Both the position numbers and the translations under genes were made by a program. A stretch of 63,809 bases of DNA, the filler included, from Reclinomonas americana ATCC 50394 (taxonomy: Eukaryota): the NCBI GenBank assembly GCA_048213135.1. It is 6 parts of 4 records of this genome, joined end to end, with 100 filler letters (N's around TTAATTAATTAA, not from the genome) between each part and the next. Parts side by side here need not be neighbours in the genome. Positions count along the whole stretch, not along the records: positions 1 to 20,450 come from PS015696.1; 5 more parts are not named here. The stretch is one strand, 5' to 3'. The notes beneath the pieces were generated by a model. That model was not told where the DNA came from. It saw only the letters and a list, made by a program, of their open reading frames with translations, and did not search any database. Shown piece after piece: positions 10,331 to 19,634 of this stretch; positions within the stretch are counted from its first letter, which is position 1; every line of letters starts with the position of its first letter.

Positions 10331-12339
10331 ACCTGCGCAGGTTCGGGCTTCAGCTCCGGCGTCGCAGAGACAGTCTTCTCCGGCGTTGGCAGGAGGCGGG
10401 CCGAATTGAGGATGAACACCAGTTCCGACACGACATGGATGCCGGCTGCCAGCAGTGGGTTCAAGAAACCGAAGGCTGCCAGCACGATACCAAGTGTATC
10501 GACACCGATCGTGCCGGCAAAATTCTGCCAGATGATGCCGCGGGTGCGCCGGGCCACGGCGACAGTCTCAACGAAGCGCTCTAGGTCATTGCCTAGCAGC
10601 ACAACATCAGCGCTCTCCTGCGCGACGTCGGTACCTGAACCCATCGCGACGCCGACATTGGCTTCGGCAAGCGCGGGGGCATCGTTGACGCCATCGCCGA
10701 CCATGGCGACCTTGCGATTATCCGCGACGAGGGCCCGGACGCGTGCCAGCTTGTCTTCCGGCAGCAGTTGCGCCTCGACCTCCTTGATGCCGAGCGCCGC
10801 ACCGACAGCGTCCGCGACGCGACGCGCATCGCCCGTGAGCAGCACCGTTCGGATACCCATGCGGTGCAAGGCTTCCACCGCTCGCTTTGCCTCGGGCCGC
10901 ACGGTATCTGCGACTGCGATGGAGCCCAGCAAGCGCCCGTCGCGGGCGACAAAGACTTCTGAACCAGCCAAGCCGAAGTGGCCGGAAGTTGCCGCTGGCA
11001 CGCTGATCCCGTTGTCGGCCATCCAGGCTTGGCTGCCGACAAGGATCGTGGCGTCAGCAGTTTTCGCGGTGATGCCGCGTCCCGGCGTGTAGGCAAAGCT
11101 CAGGGGCTCGATCGCGTCGCGACCCTGCTTGCGGGCATGGGCGACGATCGCCTTGCCCAGCGGATGCTCAGAGCGCAATTCGGCCGTAGCTGCGGCATCG
11201 AGCAGTTCATCAGCGCTCACGCCGGCGACGGGGAAAACCTCTTGCACCTCAGGACGGCCGAAGGTCAGCGTCCCCGTCTTGTCCAGTACGACCGTGTCGA
11301 CCTGGCCCAGGGTCTCGAGGTGGACACCGCCCTTGACGATAGCGCCAAGGCGCGCGGACCGGCCGATGCCTCCAAGGATGGCAAGTGGCGTGCCCGCGGC
11401 GATACCGCAGGCGCCGGCAACGATGATCACCGAGATCGTGGAATAGATGTCGCGGGTAATCAGGAAGGTCAGGATGGCGGCGCCGAGCGCAAAATAGACG
11501 AGATAGCCCGCCATGCGGTCGGCCAGACGTTGGACCGGCGCGCGGGATTTCTCGGCCCGTTCGACCGCCTCGATGATCTTGCCGTAGCTTGTGTCGCGAC
11601 CAATTCTTTCCGCGGCGACCTCAAGCGCGCCCGACTGATTGATGGAGCCGGCGAAGACGTGGGCACCCGCCGTCTTCTCGACGGGCATGGATTCGCCCGT
11701 GATACGGGATTCGTCGACAAATGAATGGCCGGATAACACGGCGCCGTCGACAGGAATGCGCCCGCCTGGAGCGACCATGATGGCGTCGCCGATCGACAGC
11801 TCTTCGGCGGAGATCGACTGGATCGAACCGGCACGGCGCACCGAGACCTCGCGCGGCAGGAATTCCAAGAGGTCGCGGATCGCTTTGCGACCACGGCCGA
11901 CGGTCAGCCCCTCCAGGACCTCGGCGACCAGCACAAACAGGGTGATGACCAGCGCCGTGAAGAATTCGCCGATGGCTGCGGCGGCAACGATCGCGATCGT
12001 CATCGACAGTTCCATGGTCATTCGTCGTTCGACGACGTTCTCGACGGCTTCCTTGAGGATGGGCCAGCCGCCGATCAAAAGTCCGACGACGCCGATTATG
12101 CTGATTGCTGCGAATGGCTCCCATATGCGGAACCACACGGCCGCCGCCGCGACCGCGACGAGCGCGATGCGAACGGCCTCGGACCAATTAAAGGGATGGT
12201 CGTGATCATGTCCGTGGCCATGCTCGTGGTCATGATCGTCGTGGTCATGATCGTGTTGATAGGCCTCGGTGGCCGGCGCGATTGTGCGTGAAGCGGCGGC
12301 ATCCGCGAGCGTCCTGCTATGGGCATGTTGGACTGTCAT
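10327..12339 (-). CDS. heavy-metal P1B-type ATPase with His-rich N-terminus and atypical GACG TM motif
   Basis: [53 protein letters not shown] where CPC is usual. Confidence 0.95.
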   Translation of the reverse strand: MTVQHAHSRTLADAAASRTIAPATEAYQHDHDHDDHDHEHGHGHDHDHPFNWSEAVRIALVAVAAAAVWFRIWEPFAAISIIGVVGLLIGGWPILKEAVENVVERRMTMELSMTIAIVAAAAIGEFFTALVITLFVLVAEVLEGLTVGRGRKAIRDLLEFLPREVSVRRAGSIQSISAEELSIGDAIMVAPGGRIPVDGAVLSGHSFVDESRITGESMPVEKTAGAHVFAGSINQSGALEVAAERIGRDTSYGKIIEAVERAEKSRAPVQRLADRMAGYLVYFALGAAILTFLITRDIYSTISVIIVAGACGIAAGTPLAILGGIGRSARLGAIVKGGVHLETLGQVDTVVLDKTGTLTFGRPEVQEVFPVAGVSADELLDAAATAELRSEHPLGKAIVAHARKQGRDAIEPLSFAYTPGRGITAKTADATILVGSQAWMADNGISVPAATSGHFGLAGSEVFVARDGRLLGSIAVADTVRPEAKRAVEALHRMGIRTVLLTGDARRVADAVGAALGIKEVEAQLLPEDKLARVRALVADNRKVAMVGDGVNDAPALAEANVGVAMGSGTDVAQESADVVLLGNDLERFVETVAVARRTRGIIWQNFAGTIGVDTLGIVLAAFGFLNPLLAAGIHVVSELVFILNSARLLPTPEKTVSATPELKPEPAQV

Positions 12340-12356
12340 AACGGCAGCCTCCGATC

Positions 12357-12632
12357 TTATTTGAGATATGCGCGTACGACGTCGATTAGTTCGGCCGCGC
12401 CTTCATTGCGTTCGTTCTGCGCTAGCGCGTGATCCGCCACGTGCAGCAGAATGTGATCTTCGACGACCTCGGCCATCAGGCCGTTGATGGCTCCGCGAAC
12501 GCCCGCGATCAGTTGCAGCACCTCCGCACAGCCCTTCTCGTCTTCAAGGGCGCGCTCAACAGCTTCCATCTGGCCGCGTATGCGGCGCACCCGGTTCAGC
12601 AGCTTCGTTTTCTGGCGGGCGGTGTGCGACAT
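12357..12632 (-). CDS. CsoR/RcnR-family metal-sensing repressor (RcnR/DmeR type)
   Basis: His3, Cys35, His60, His64 fingerprint; NRVRRIRGQ. Confidence 0.92.
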   Translation of the reverse strand: MSHTARQKTKLLNRVRRIRGQMEAVERALEDEKGCAEVLQLIAGVRGAINGLMAEVVEDHILLHVADHALAQNERNEGAAELIDVVRAYLK

Positions 12633-12653
12633 GCGGTGCTCCTGGGACCCTAA

Positions 12654-12675
12654 ATAGAATACCCCCCTATATTAT
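12654..12675. promoter_or_regulatory. RcnR/DmeR-type operator
   Basis: ATAGAATA-CCCCCC-TATATTAT: AT-rich inverted arms around a C6/G6 tract, about 20 nt upstream of the repressor start. Confidence 0.75.
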
Positions 12676-13021
12676 TCAATGGCGGTTTCGTCGACGGGAT
12701 CGGCGCGACATCTGAGACGTCTTACGTCGGCGCCAGAGATCAAACCTACGAGCTGTACGTTGCGAGCTTCGGTCTGGGCCATGCGCATTCATGGGCCCAG
12801 TGAGCGATCGTCTGGCCTGCGAGGTTCAGGCTTAGTTGCCTAAGCGGCGCGCGTGCAGGCGCGGCGGCCGCATCATTCTGGCGAGGCGGTGCTTCACTGA
12901 GTTCTTCACGCTGACGGAGCAGGTCGGTTCCTGTAGGCGTCGAGCCTCGATATGCAGGTTTTCCTCGCCAGGAGCGGCTGACAAGAGTTGCCGCAGCGGA
13001 CCGCCACTTGTTGAGCGATCG

Positions 13022-13567
13022 CTATCCGATCCGAATTCGTTCTGGCGTGAGAAAGGAATACGGAGGCACGATAAGGTTTTTAGGTGCCGGCCTTCGCCGC
13101 ACGCGGCCGAGGGCATCGTAGACTGACCCATGGCAGGGGCAGAACCAGCCACCGTAGTCGCCGCGAGGATCTCCGGTCTTCTGTCCGAGCGGGATGCATC
13201 CGAGGTGAGTGCACACTCCGACGACGATCAGCCATTCTGGGGTCTGCAATCGGGCTGCGACGGGTTCAGGATCCAATAGCGCGGACACGTCATCGGTCTG
13301 ATCGCCAGCGATCTGCTCGGCCGTCCTTCGGACGATGAATACTGGCCGCCCCCGCCACTGCACGGTGATGCGTTGGCCCGACTCGATCGGAGCGAGATCG
13401 AATTCAGCGCTTGCCAACGCAACGGTGTCGGCCGTTGGCTGGAAGCTGGCTACGAGCGGCCACATTGCGGCTGCTGTACCCGTGGCGCCGGCGACGCCGG
13501 TGGTCAAATAGAGAAAGTCGCGCCGGGTCGGCGTGCCGCCCGGTCGTGTCGATAGTTGGTCCATCAT
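13022..13567 (-). CDS. petA: Rieske 2Fe-2S protein (ubiquinol-cytochrome c reductase subunit type), orphan
   Basis: Tat motif TRRDFLY; CTHLGC and CPCHGS boxes; no petB/petC adjacent. Confidence 0.9.
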   Translation of the reverse strand: MMDQLSTRPGGTPTRRDFLYLTTGVAGATGTAAAMWPLVASFQPTADTVALASAEFDLAPIESGQRITVQWRGRPVFIVRRTAEQIAGDQTDDVSALLDPEPVAARLQTPEWLIVVGVCTHLGCIPLGQKTGDPRGDYGGWFCPCHGSVYDALGRVRRRPAPKNLIVPPYSFLTPERIRIG

Positions 13568-13739
13568 GGTCGCACCGTTCACCGCCCGCCGCTGCGAGCA
13601 GATTGCAACGTTTAGCTCGATCAACCAGACACGATGCAGGAAGAACGAGCTTGTACTGATGGCAATTCTGGCACGATCGTTTGGCTTCGTCTGTTACAGT
13701 TGGTTACAGACTCGTTCCCGACCGGTTGCGGGTTCGATG

Positions 13740-14270
13740 TCAGCGTTTGAGAATGTCGCGGCTTAGCCAGTAGACGTAGCTGCGCGCCAGGTTGGCGATG
13801 CGCGCTTTCTCATTCTCGGGTTCGTACCATGCTCCGCCGGAGCTCGATGGCAAGGCGAGAAGCTGCGGATGACGGCTGATGATATCACCCCGTGCGCCTA
13901 TGACCAGCGCCTCGCCCTCCAAGTAGTCGGTATCACCTCCGCCGCCGCTTCCGTGACCGCCCCTCGATCCGCGCCCGACGTAGGACGACAGCGCCAGGCT
14001 GGTGATGCGGACAATCAACCTCCTATGATCAAAACCCGTAGGAAAGGCGATGTGGAGCTCCGCGGTCACCGCCGAGCGGAGCCATTCGGCCGCCGGTCCT
14101 AGCCCCAGTGAGCGCAACCGCTCGACGTCGACTGAATAGGAAGGCGTCGAAGCGCCCGGGTAACGGGGAGCAGCGTTCACGGCTGTCGCGACAGATGACA
14201 CCCCGACGGCTGACGCGGCGGCGATGAAAAACTGGCGGCGGGAAATTGAGGTCACAGACCCCTCCATCAT
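13740..14270 (-). CDS. Tat-signal hypothetical protein
   Basis: ISRRQFFIAA twin-arginine signal; Gly-rich loop; DYLEGEAL. Confidence 0.7.
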   Translation of the reverse strand: MMEGSVTSISRRQFFIAAASAVGVSSVATAVNAAPRYPGASTPSYSVDVERLRSLGLGPAAEWLRSAVTAELHIAFPTGFDHRRLIVRITSLALSSYVGRGSRGGHGSGGGGDTDYLEGEALVIGARGDIISRHPQLLALPSSSGGAWYEPENEKARIANLARSYVYWLSRDILKR

Positions 14271-14306
14271 TGATGGCCACCGCCCGAGGCGGAAAGTCGT
14301 CGGCCT

Positions 14307-14320
14307 TTGAGCTAGATCAA
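14307..14320. promoter_or_regulatory. putative FNR/FixK box
   Basis: TTGAG-ctag-ATCAA, one mismatch to TTGAT-N4-ATCAA, about 37 nt upstream of the Tat-protein gene. Confidence 0.5.
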
Positions 14321-14692
14321 TGACCGATATGAGATTACGAGCATGCGCTTGCTTTCCGCTGCCGTGAAGTGACGGTTTTCACATAGCTCAATTGGAGGCG
14401 AGACTTGGCGAGCGGTGCGAATTGAACTGCAGCCGGCAGAGGGATTGCTGGAACCGTTCAGTTCTTGAAGTTCCGGGCTTGAACTGGTCGATTTGAGAGA
14501 TTGGCCAGCGATTGACGATGCTTTTTAGGGCCTGGGTGACCATCGAAAGTATCTCAGCTATCGAAGAGGTGTCTCCGGCGCCGGTCCGGCAAACGACCGT
14601 CTGACGGTCACATTTCGATTTGTCCGTATCGCTAGCTTTTCGATGGGAAAGCGGACATCGTCCGGGTGATCGAGAAAACGGACCGGACGGCG

Positions 14693-15115
14693 ATGGTGTC
14701 GGTCGGCTATGCGCGGGTTTCGACAGGCGAACAGTATCTGTCGCTGCGGAGCGACGCCCTAAGTGCTGCCGGGTGCAAGCGCGTTTTTCAAGCTCAGGCT
14801 TCCGGCGTGCTCGCCAGCTTCCGCTCGCTGACCGACAACATCGATACGACTAGCCTGGGGCGGGCGCCTCGTCTTCCGCCTGTGCGAGCATTCGCGCAAT
14901 TCGAGCGGGACCTGATTAAAGAGCGGACGCGGGCCGGGCTGCTTGCCGCGGCCGCGCGCGGCAGACGAGGCGGTCGTCAGTCGGTGGTCACACCGGACAA
15001 GCTCGAATAGGCAAAATGCCATATTGCCGCCGGGATCGCGATACGCGAAGCTGCTGCTCGTATTAAGGGCAGGAAGACGGCTCTTTACAAGCATTTGCAT
15101 CAGAACGCTAGAATT
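14693..15115 (+). pseudogene. serine resolvase/invertase remnant
   Basis: GYARVST, FRSLTDNIDT, FAQFERDLIKERTRAGL. The central DRL segment is deleted, and a premature TAG at 15008 precedes HTH-like IREAAARIKGRKTALYKHL. Confidence 0.85.
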
Positions 15116-15131
15116 GATGGGCCGGATTGCG

Positions 15132-17045
15132 ATGGGCGACGAGAATTGGCAAGCTGAGCTGATTAGACATTGGCGCGTCGATCCGGTCGGAACCTATCGT
15201 AATTGGTTCTTATGGGACGAGCGAATAAAGAATTTTCGCTCGATCCGCCGCGGAATCCAGGCTGTCGTTGCCGAAGTTCGCGATGACCGCTTCGGCAATG
15301 CCTATCGTGGCTCATCCTTGGAAACCGTTCTGGATTCTATTGCCGAACAGCGGCAGGTTTTCAAAGGCGCGGACCATGCTTTTATGTGGAAACCGAAGCT
15401 TCGTATCCCCGACATCTATGAGGATCGCGATAATCAGGTCGCTTTTGGGCGCTTTCTCGATACGTGCGTCTGCTGCTCGACTGAACCTGAAGTTTTGAGC
15501 GCGATTCATACCATCGATCGACAGGGGATCAAAGGCCTTGGGCCCTCGGCCGCAAATCTTTTGTATTTCCTGCACCCGACGCTGGCGCCTCCATTTAATA
15601 CCGCGATCGTGCGCGGCTACAACGCTTTAACGGGCGCAAGGGTCAAGCTAGGGCGGTGGGACGAATACCTTGCGATGCGCCAGGGCATGCTGCGGTTCAA
15701 CTCGCACCACCGGTCGCTGTTCTCCAACGATCTGGGCGCGGTCGCCGCTTTCCTGTTCGATATCGGGATGGGGCGCTATCCAATTCCGGGTTCGGATGGG
15801 GAAGTTTCTTCGATGGAACTCTGGCGTGCGGATCTTGAACAGGTTCGCGCCGACTCGGCTGCTGCGAGAAAGAACGAATCGGCGGCTCGTGAAGCCGATC
15901 ACACACATACCGAGATCCAAGGCTGGCTCAGAGATCTCGGTCTGTCCCTTGGGTACCAGGTGTGGATCGCTGCAAACGATGCCAGCCGACTTTATGGCGG
16001 CGGCAAGCTCGCCGATGGCTGCCTCCTCGACCTTCCCCGGCCTCTTGCAAGCAATGGCGCGGCAGAAGCGATCAGGCTCATAGACGTATTGTGGCTCGAC
16101 AGCAGCACCGGTTTCGTCGCGGCCGCTTACGAAGTCGAGCATACCACGAGCATCTATTCGGGAATCGTCCGTATGCTCGATCTGGCGCTGGGCATGGCGG
16201 GTGATACGACCCGGAATTTTTTCCTGGTCGCTCCCGACGACCGGGAGAGTGAAGTCCGCGCACAATTTGGACGCCCGGCTTTCGCAAAGGTCGCTGATCT
16301 GGATTTGCGCTATCTGCCCTATAGCGAGTTGCGCCAACATCGCGAAGCGATCACGCGCTTTGGAACGGGCCTGAAGGGCATGCTTGCGATTGCTCGCCCC
16401 TTGACCGGATTTTTTGCCGCCGGCCTGACTGCCTTTGCGCGAGCGAATGGCGCTATCGGGTTGGTTAACATCGGACGGCCATTTCTACGGCAGTCACCGC
16501 CGCAATGGGCTGATCTTGGCGAGATCGTTCCGGATCGTCGTTGCGGCGACGCCGGCCTGACCCATGGCATGGCTGATCTGGTCGAGCCCCAGTACGAGGT
16601 CGCCTGCTGCATAGAGGCCTTTGACGCTCGTTCTTTGGTGTGGATCGACGATTGGGCAGCCATCCTTAGTCGCGCGGGCGCCTATGGCGATCGCGAGTTC
16701 CGACCGTGCCATCGTCCCGAGTGCGGCATAAATGCTGGAAAACGCCCCGGGTCCGCCTGGCATGCTCACCTCAATCCATTCCGAATGCAGAGAATATGCA
16801 AGGCACGGCCCGGCGAGGAGCTTGACGCCTGCGGCGTCGGCTCGGGCTCGCTCTTCGTCGTCGAGCCGATGCTCGCCATCGGGAGCGATGAGGCTTACGT
16901 TGGCGGTATAGCTCCTCAAAAACTCCGCTTCTGCGAGGCCGGATTGACCGGTCCCGATCACGGCGACAGATCGGTCGGTAACTTCGTAGCCGTCGCAAAT
17001 CGGACAGTAGCGCAAAAGCCCGCGTTGGACGGCTTCGTCGTGTAG
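15132..17045 (+). CDS. putative PD-(D/E)xK-fold, restriction-endonuclease-like protein; conserved part ends near 16405, remainder is a probable read-through extension
   Basis: HTEIQGWL…LG…VWIA and IDVLW…AAYEVEHTTSIYSG nuclease-like motifs; the tail overlaps the antisense oxidoreductase gene. Confidence 0.7.
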   Translation: MGDENWQAELIRHWRVDPVGTYRNWFLWDERIKNFRSIRRGIQAVVAEVRDDRFGNAYRGSSLETVLDSIAEQRQVFKGADHAFMWKPKLRIPDIYEDRDNQVAFGRFLDTCVCCSTEPEVLSAIHTIDRQGIKGLGPSAANLLYFLHPTLAPPFNTAIVRGYNALTGARVKLGRWDEYLAMRQGMLRFNSHHRSLFSNDLGAVAAFLFDIGMGRYPIPGSDGEVSSMELWRADLEQVRADSAAARKNESAAREADHTHTEIQGWLRDLGLSLGYQVWIAANDASRLYGGGKLADGCLLDLPRPLASNGAAEAIRLIDVLWLDSSTGFVAAAYEVEHTTSIYSGIVRMLDLALGMAGDTTRNFFLVAPDDRESEVRAQFGRPAFAKVADLDLRYLPYSELRQHREAITRFGTGLKGMLAIARPLTGFFAAGLTAFARANGAIGLVNIGRPFLRQSPPQWADLGEIVPDRRCGDAGLTHGMADLVEPQYEVACCIEAFDARSLVWIDDWAAILSRAGAYGDREFRPCHRPECGINAGKRPGSAWHAHLNPFRMQRICKARPGEELDACGVGSGSLFVVEPMLAIGSDEAYVGGIAPQKLRFCEAGLTGPDHGDRSVGNFVAVANRTVAQKPALDGFVV

Positions 17046-17435
17046 GCTTTCCGACAGACCCTGGGGGCGCCGGTTAAAAACACCGCTTGCCAGAAGGACA
17101 GTTTGCGCCAAAATCGGCCTCTCGCTGCTGCTGGCGATGAATGTCCCGTCGTCGGCCACGTCGAGTGACGCGATCATCCCGGTCTCGAACACGACGCCAT
17201 ACTTGGTCGCTTGAGCCCGCATGCGTGAAAGCAGCTCGACGCCGCTGATTCCGGCTGGAAATCCGGCATGGTTGTGTGTCGTTGGGATCATCGCAGCACG
17301 TCCATCGCCCGCATCGACGACCAAAGCAGAAAGATGAAAGCGCGCCAGATAAATTGCTGCGGTGAGCCCGGCCGGTCCGCCACCGATGATAAGGCAATCG
17401 AACAATTCGGGGGGCGAAGGAGACAAGACGGACAT
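16494..17435 (-). CDS. thioredoxin reductase-like NAD(P)/FAD oxidoreductase
   Basis: IIGGGPAGL, YCPICDG, TSVKGLYAAGD; RBS GGAG before the ATG at 17435. Confidence 0.92.
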   Translation of the reverse strand: MSVLSPSPPELFDCLIIGGGPAGLTAAIYLARFHLSALVVDAGDGRAAMIPTTHNHAGFPAGISGVELLSRMRAQATKYGVVFETGMIASLDVADDGTFIASSSERPILAQTVLLASGVFNRRPQGLSESLHDEAVQRGLLRYCPICDGYEVTDRSVAVIGTGQSGLAEAEFLRSYTANVSLIAPDGEHRLDDEERARADAAGVKLLAGPCLAYSLHSEWIEVSMPGGPGAFSSIYAALGTMARSELAIAIGARATKDGCPIVDPHQRTSVKGLYAAGDLVLGLDQISHAMGQAGVAATTIRNDLAKISPLRR

Positions 17436-17720
17436 GTCCGTAACTCCAGACTTTAATACCGTTGTCGCGGAAGTGATTGGCAGCTCGATCGTCAACGCTT
17501 CCTAGAGCGCTGCACCGCCGACCGGAGTCCATGACGGCGCAACACTCTCAGGGCAACCAAGAATATGGTCAGACAGTTCGCCGCGGCGAGCGCCGAGAGG
17601 ATTGTGATCTCACGATAGTCCAGCCTGTCTCGAGCCATGGCTCTGGTATGGCATGGAGCAGCGCTTGACTACACATTGCCCGGGAGCGGGCCGTCATTGT
17701 ACGAGCGTCGATCAGCAATT

Positions 17721-18029
17721 TCAGCCAGAAGCATCGACACTGGGCGTTTCCAGTTCGGCGCGTTGGGCGTGCGAGGCTCGTTCCGCGAAGCGGGTCATGT
17801 ATTCGTCCAGATTGAACCGACGCTTTAAGCCGATTCCGTCTTCATCATGGATAAATTCAATTCCGTTTGTAACAAAAACCGACCGGATCCGGGTTTTTGT
17901 TTCTGGTCTGACGCGGCCCGCTGTCTCAAAATCGCTGATCGTCCTTTGAGCGACGTGAACCTTCCGGCTAAGCTGTTTGATGCTCCAGCCCATCATTGCA
18001 CGCGCGACGCGACATTGTTCACTATTCAT
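17721..18029 (-). CDS. XRE-family HTH regulator
   Basis: QCRVARAMMGWS…TISDFETAG…GIEFI pattern typical of alphaproteobacterial XRE proteins. Confidence 0.8.
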   Translation of the reverse strand: MNSEQCRVARAMMGWSIKQLSRKVHVAQRTISDFETAGRVRPETKTRIRSVFVTNGIEFIHDEDGIGLKRRFNLDEYMTRFAERASHAQRAELETPSVDASG

Positions 18030-18115
18030 CTTCAAACCCTCAACGAGACGGTTTGCGCTTAAGGTGAGTTGGGAAGCGGTTCGTCAGCCGCCTGAATGGG
18101 CAACCCAAAGCAGAA

Positions 18116-18141
18116 GGGTCCTCGGCCGAGGCCGAGGACCC
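18116..18141 (-). terminator. intrinsic terminator of the porin gene
   Basis: 11-bp stem gggtcctcggc/gccgaggaccc followed on the minus strand by ttctgcttt, just after the porin stop. Confidence 0.7.
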
Positions 18142-18148
18142 CCGTGCA

Positions 18149-19453
18149 TTAGAAGTCGCGCTGAACCCTCAGACGAGCCGAGACGGCGTCGCTCGAAGCC
18201 AAGGTGAAGGCGCCACCGCGGTTGATGTCCGCGACGCGACCCTTGGGATCGAGTTTCGTGTAGAGAACCTCAACACCGATATCGAGGCCGCTGACCGGCG
18301 ACCAGATCAGGTTGGAGCCGATCCGGTATTCCTTGAAGTCGGTGACGTTCGTGCTCGAGGCATTCTCGACGTTGAGATACGACCCGAACAGGGTCTGCCG
18401 GACGGCTGGAGTCCAGTAATGCAGAAGTGCCGCCGTCAGAGCATAGCCGCGCGTCTTCTTGAGCGTGGCGGTGGTAGCGCTGTTCGGGATGGCGACGGCG
18501 TCGAACGCGTTCACGAGCACGCCGCCGATCTGAACGGGATTGTTGTTGGTGAAGCTCCCGTAGGTGCCGGCGCCGAGATAGCTGGAAGCTCCTTCGGCAT
18601 AAACGCCCTGCAGCCAGAAGACATCGCCCTGGGCCAACATCGGCAGGTTGAATTTCAGGCCAGCCAGGCCGGCAAAGCCATACTCCGTGTCGAGCTTGAC
18701 GCTGGTGTTGCCGCTGGCGGTGGTGATCTGGTGGACCGCACCCGACAGCTGGGCGGAACCCCAGCCCTGCGTGATGTTGAGATTGGCGACGATATCAGGC
18801 ATCCGGTTGCCGCCGGTCGAAACCGTCGGGCCGAAGGGGACATTGTCGAAGGTGTTGAAGCGGCGCTCAGCACCGTCTTCCGCCGAGAGCGTGGCACTGA
18901 AGCCGCCGCCGAAATTCGCGGTGTAAGCGAACAGTTGCGTTGACGAGTCGGGACCGCGCAGCAGGCCCCAGTTCAGGTCATTGGCATAGAAGTCGAAGAA
19001 CGACTGGGCGCGACCGGCCGTGATCGGGCCGAACTGGATGAAGGCCTTGTCGAGGAAGGTCGTGTTCGAGGCGCTGACCGTCTGGAAAGTGGCGTAGGGA
19101 ACGCGGTACGGGCCACTATCGCGGTTGATGTCGTAACGAATGAACGCGCGCAGGGTGCCGTACGCGGTCGCGGTGCGCGTATCGATGTTCAACCGGCCGC
19201 GAGCACGGAAGCCAGACGCATCGACGTTCCGACTATAAGGTTGATCAAACATGTACTCGGCCCTGACGCGGCCACCGATCCTCAAGCACGTGTCCGTGCC
19301 GGGGATGTAGAAGAAGCCGGCGCCATAGGCGGTGCAAACGCGGACATACTCGACCGGGGCGCTCTTGCGCGAGGGCAGATCGGCAGCGCCGGCACTGGTG
19401 GCGACGGCGAGGGCTGCCGTAGCCATGCCCAATGCTGAAACGAAGCTCTTCAT
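18149..19453 (-). CDS. alphaproteobacterial porin (Omp2/Porin_2 family)
   Basis: AADLPSRKSAPVEYVRVC…GFFYIPGTDTCLRIGG; C-terminal RVQRDF; RBS GGAGG. Confidence 0.95.
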   Translation of the reverse strand: MKSFVSALGMATAALAVATSAGAADLPSRKSAPVEYVRVCTAYGAGFFYIPGTDTCLRIGGRVRAEYMFDQPYSRNVDASGFRARGRLNIDTRTATAYGTLRAFIRYDINRDSGPYRVPYATFQTVSASNTTFLDKAFIQFGPITAGRAQSFFDFYANDLNWGLLRGPDSSTQLFAYTANFGGGFSATLSAEDGAERRFNTFDNVPFGPTVSTGGNRMPDIVANLNITQGWGSAQLSGAVHQITTASGNTSVKLDTEYGFAGLAGLKFNLPMLAQGDVFWLQGVYAEGASSYLGAGTYGSFTNNNPVQIGGVLVNAFDAVAIPNSATTATLKKTRGYALTAALLHYWTPAVRQTLFGSYLNVENASSTNVTDFKEYRIGSNLIWSPVSGLDIGVEVLYTKLDPKGRVADINRGGAFTLASSDAVSARLRVQRDF

Positions 19454-19541
19454 CAATACCTCCAATTGAATTGGTCTTTGCCTGGCTGAGTCTTTTGATT
19501 CAACCGGATGGAATTGGTATTGATCGCAATAAGTCTCGACG

Positions 19542-19634
19542 GTGAAAATATTCACATTTTGATGTAGAGTCATAACGCGTGGTAATTTCGACACTGTGAA
19601 AAATTTCACTTTATAGAGGTGTGAAGATTTTCAC
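19542..19634. promoter_or_regulatory. three GTGAA-N4-TTCAC palindromes upstream of the porin
   Basis: 19542-19555 GTGAAAATATTCAC; 19596-19609 GTGAAAAATTTCAC; 19621-19634 GTGAAGATTTTCAC. Confidence 0.7.
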
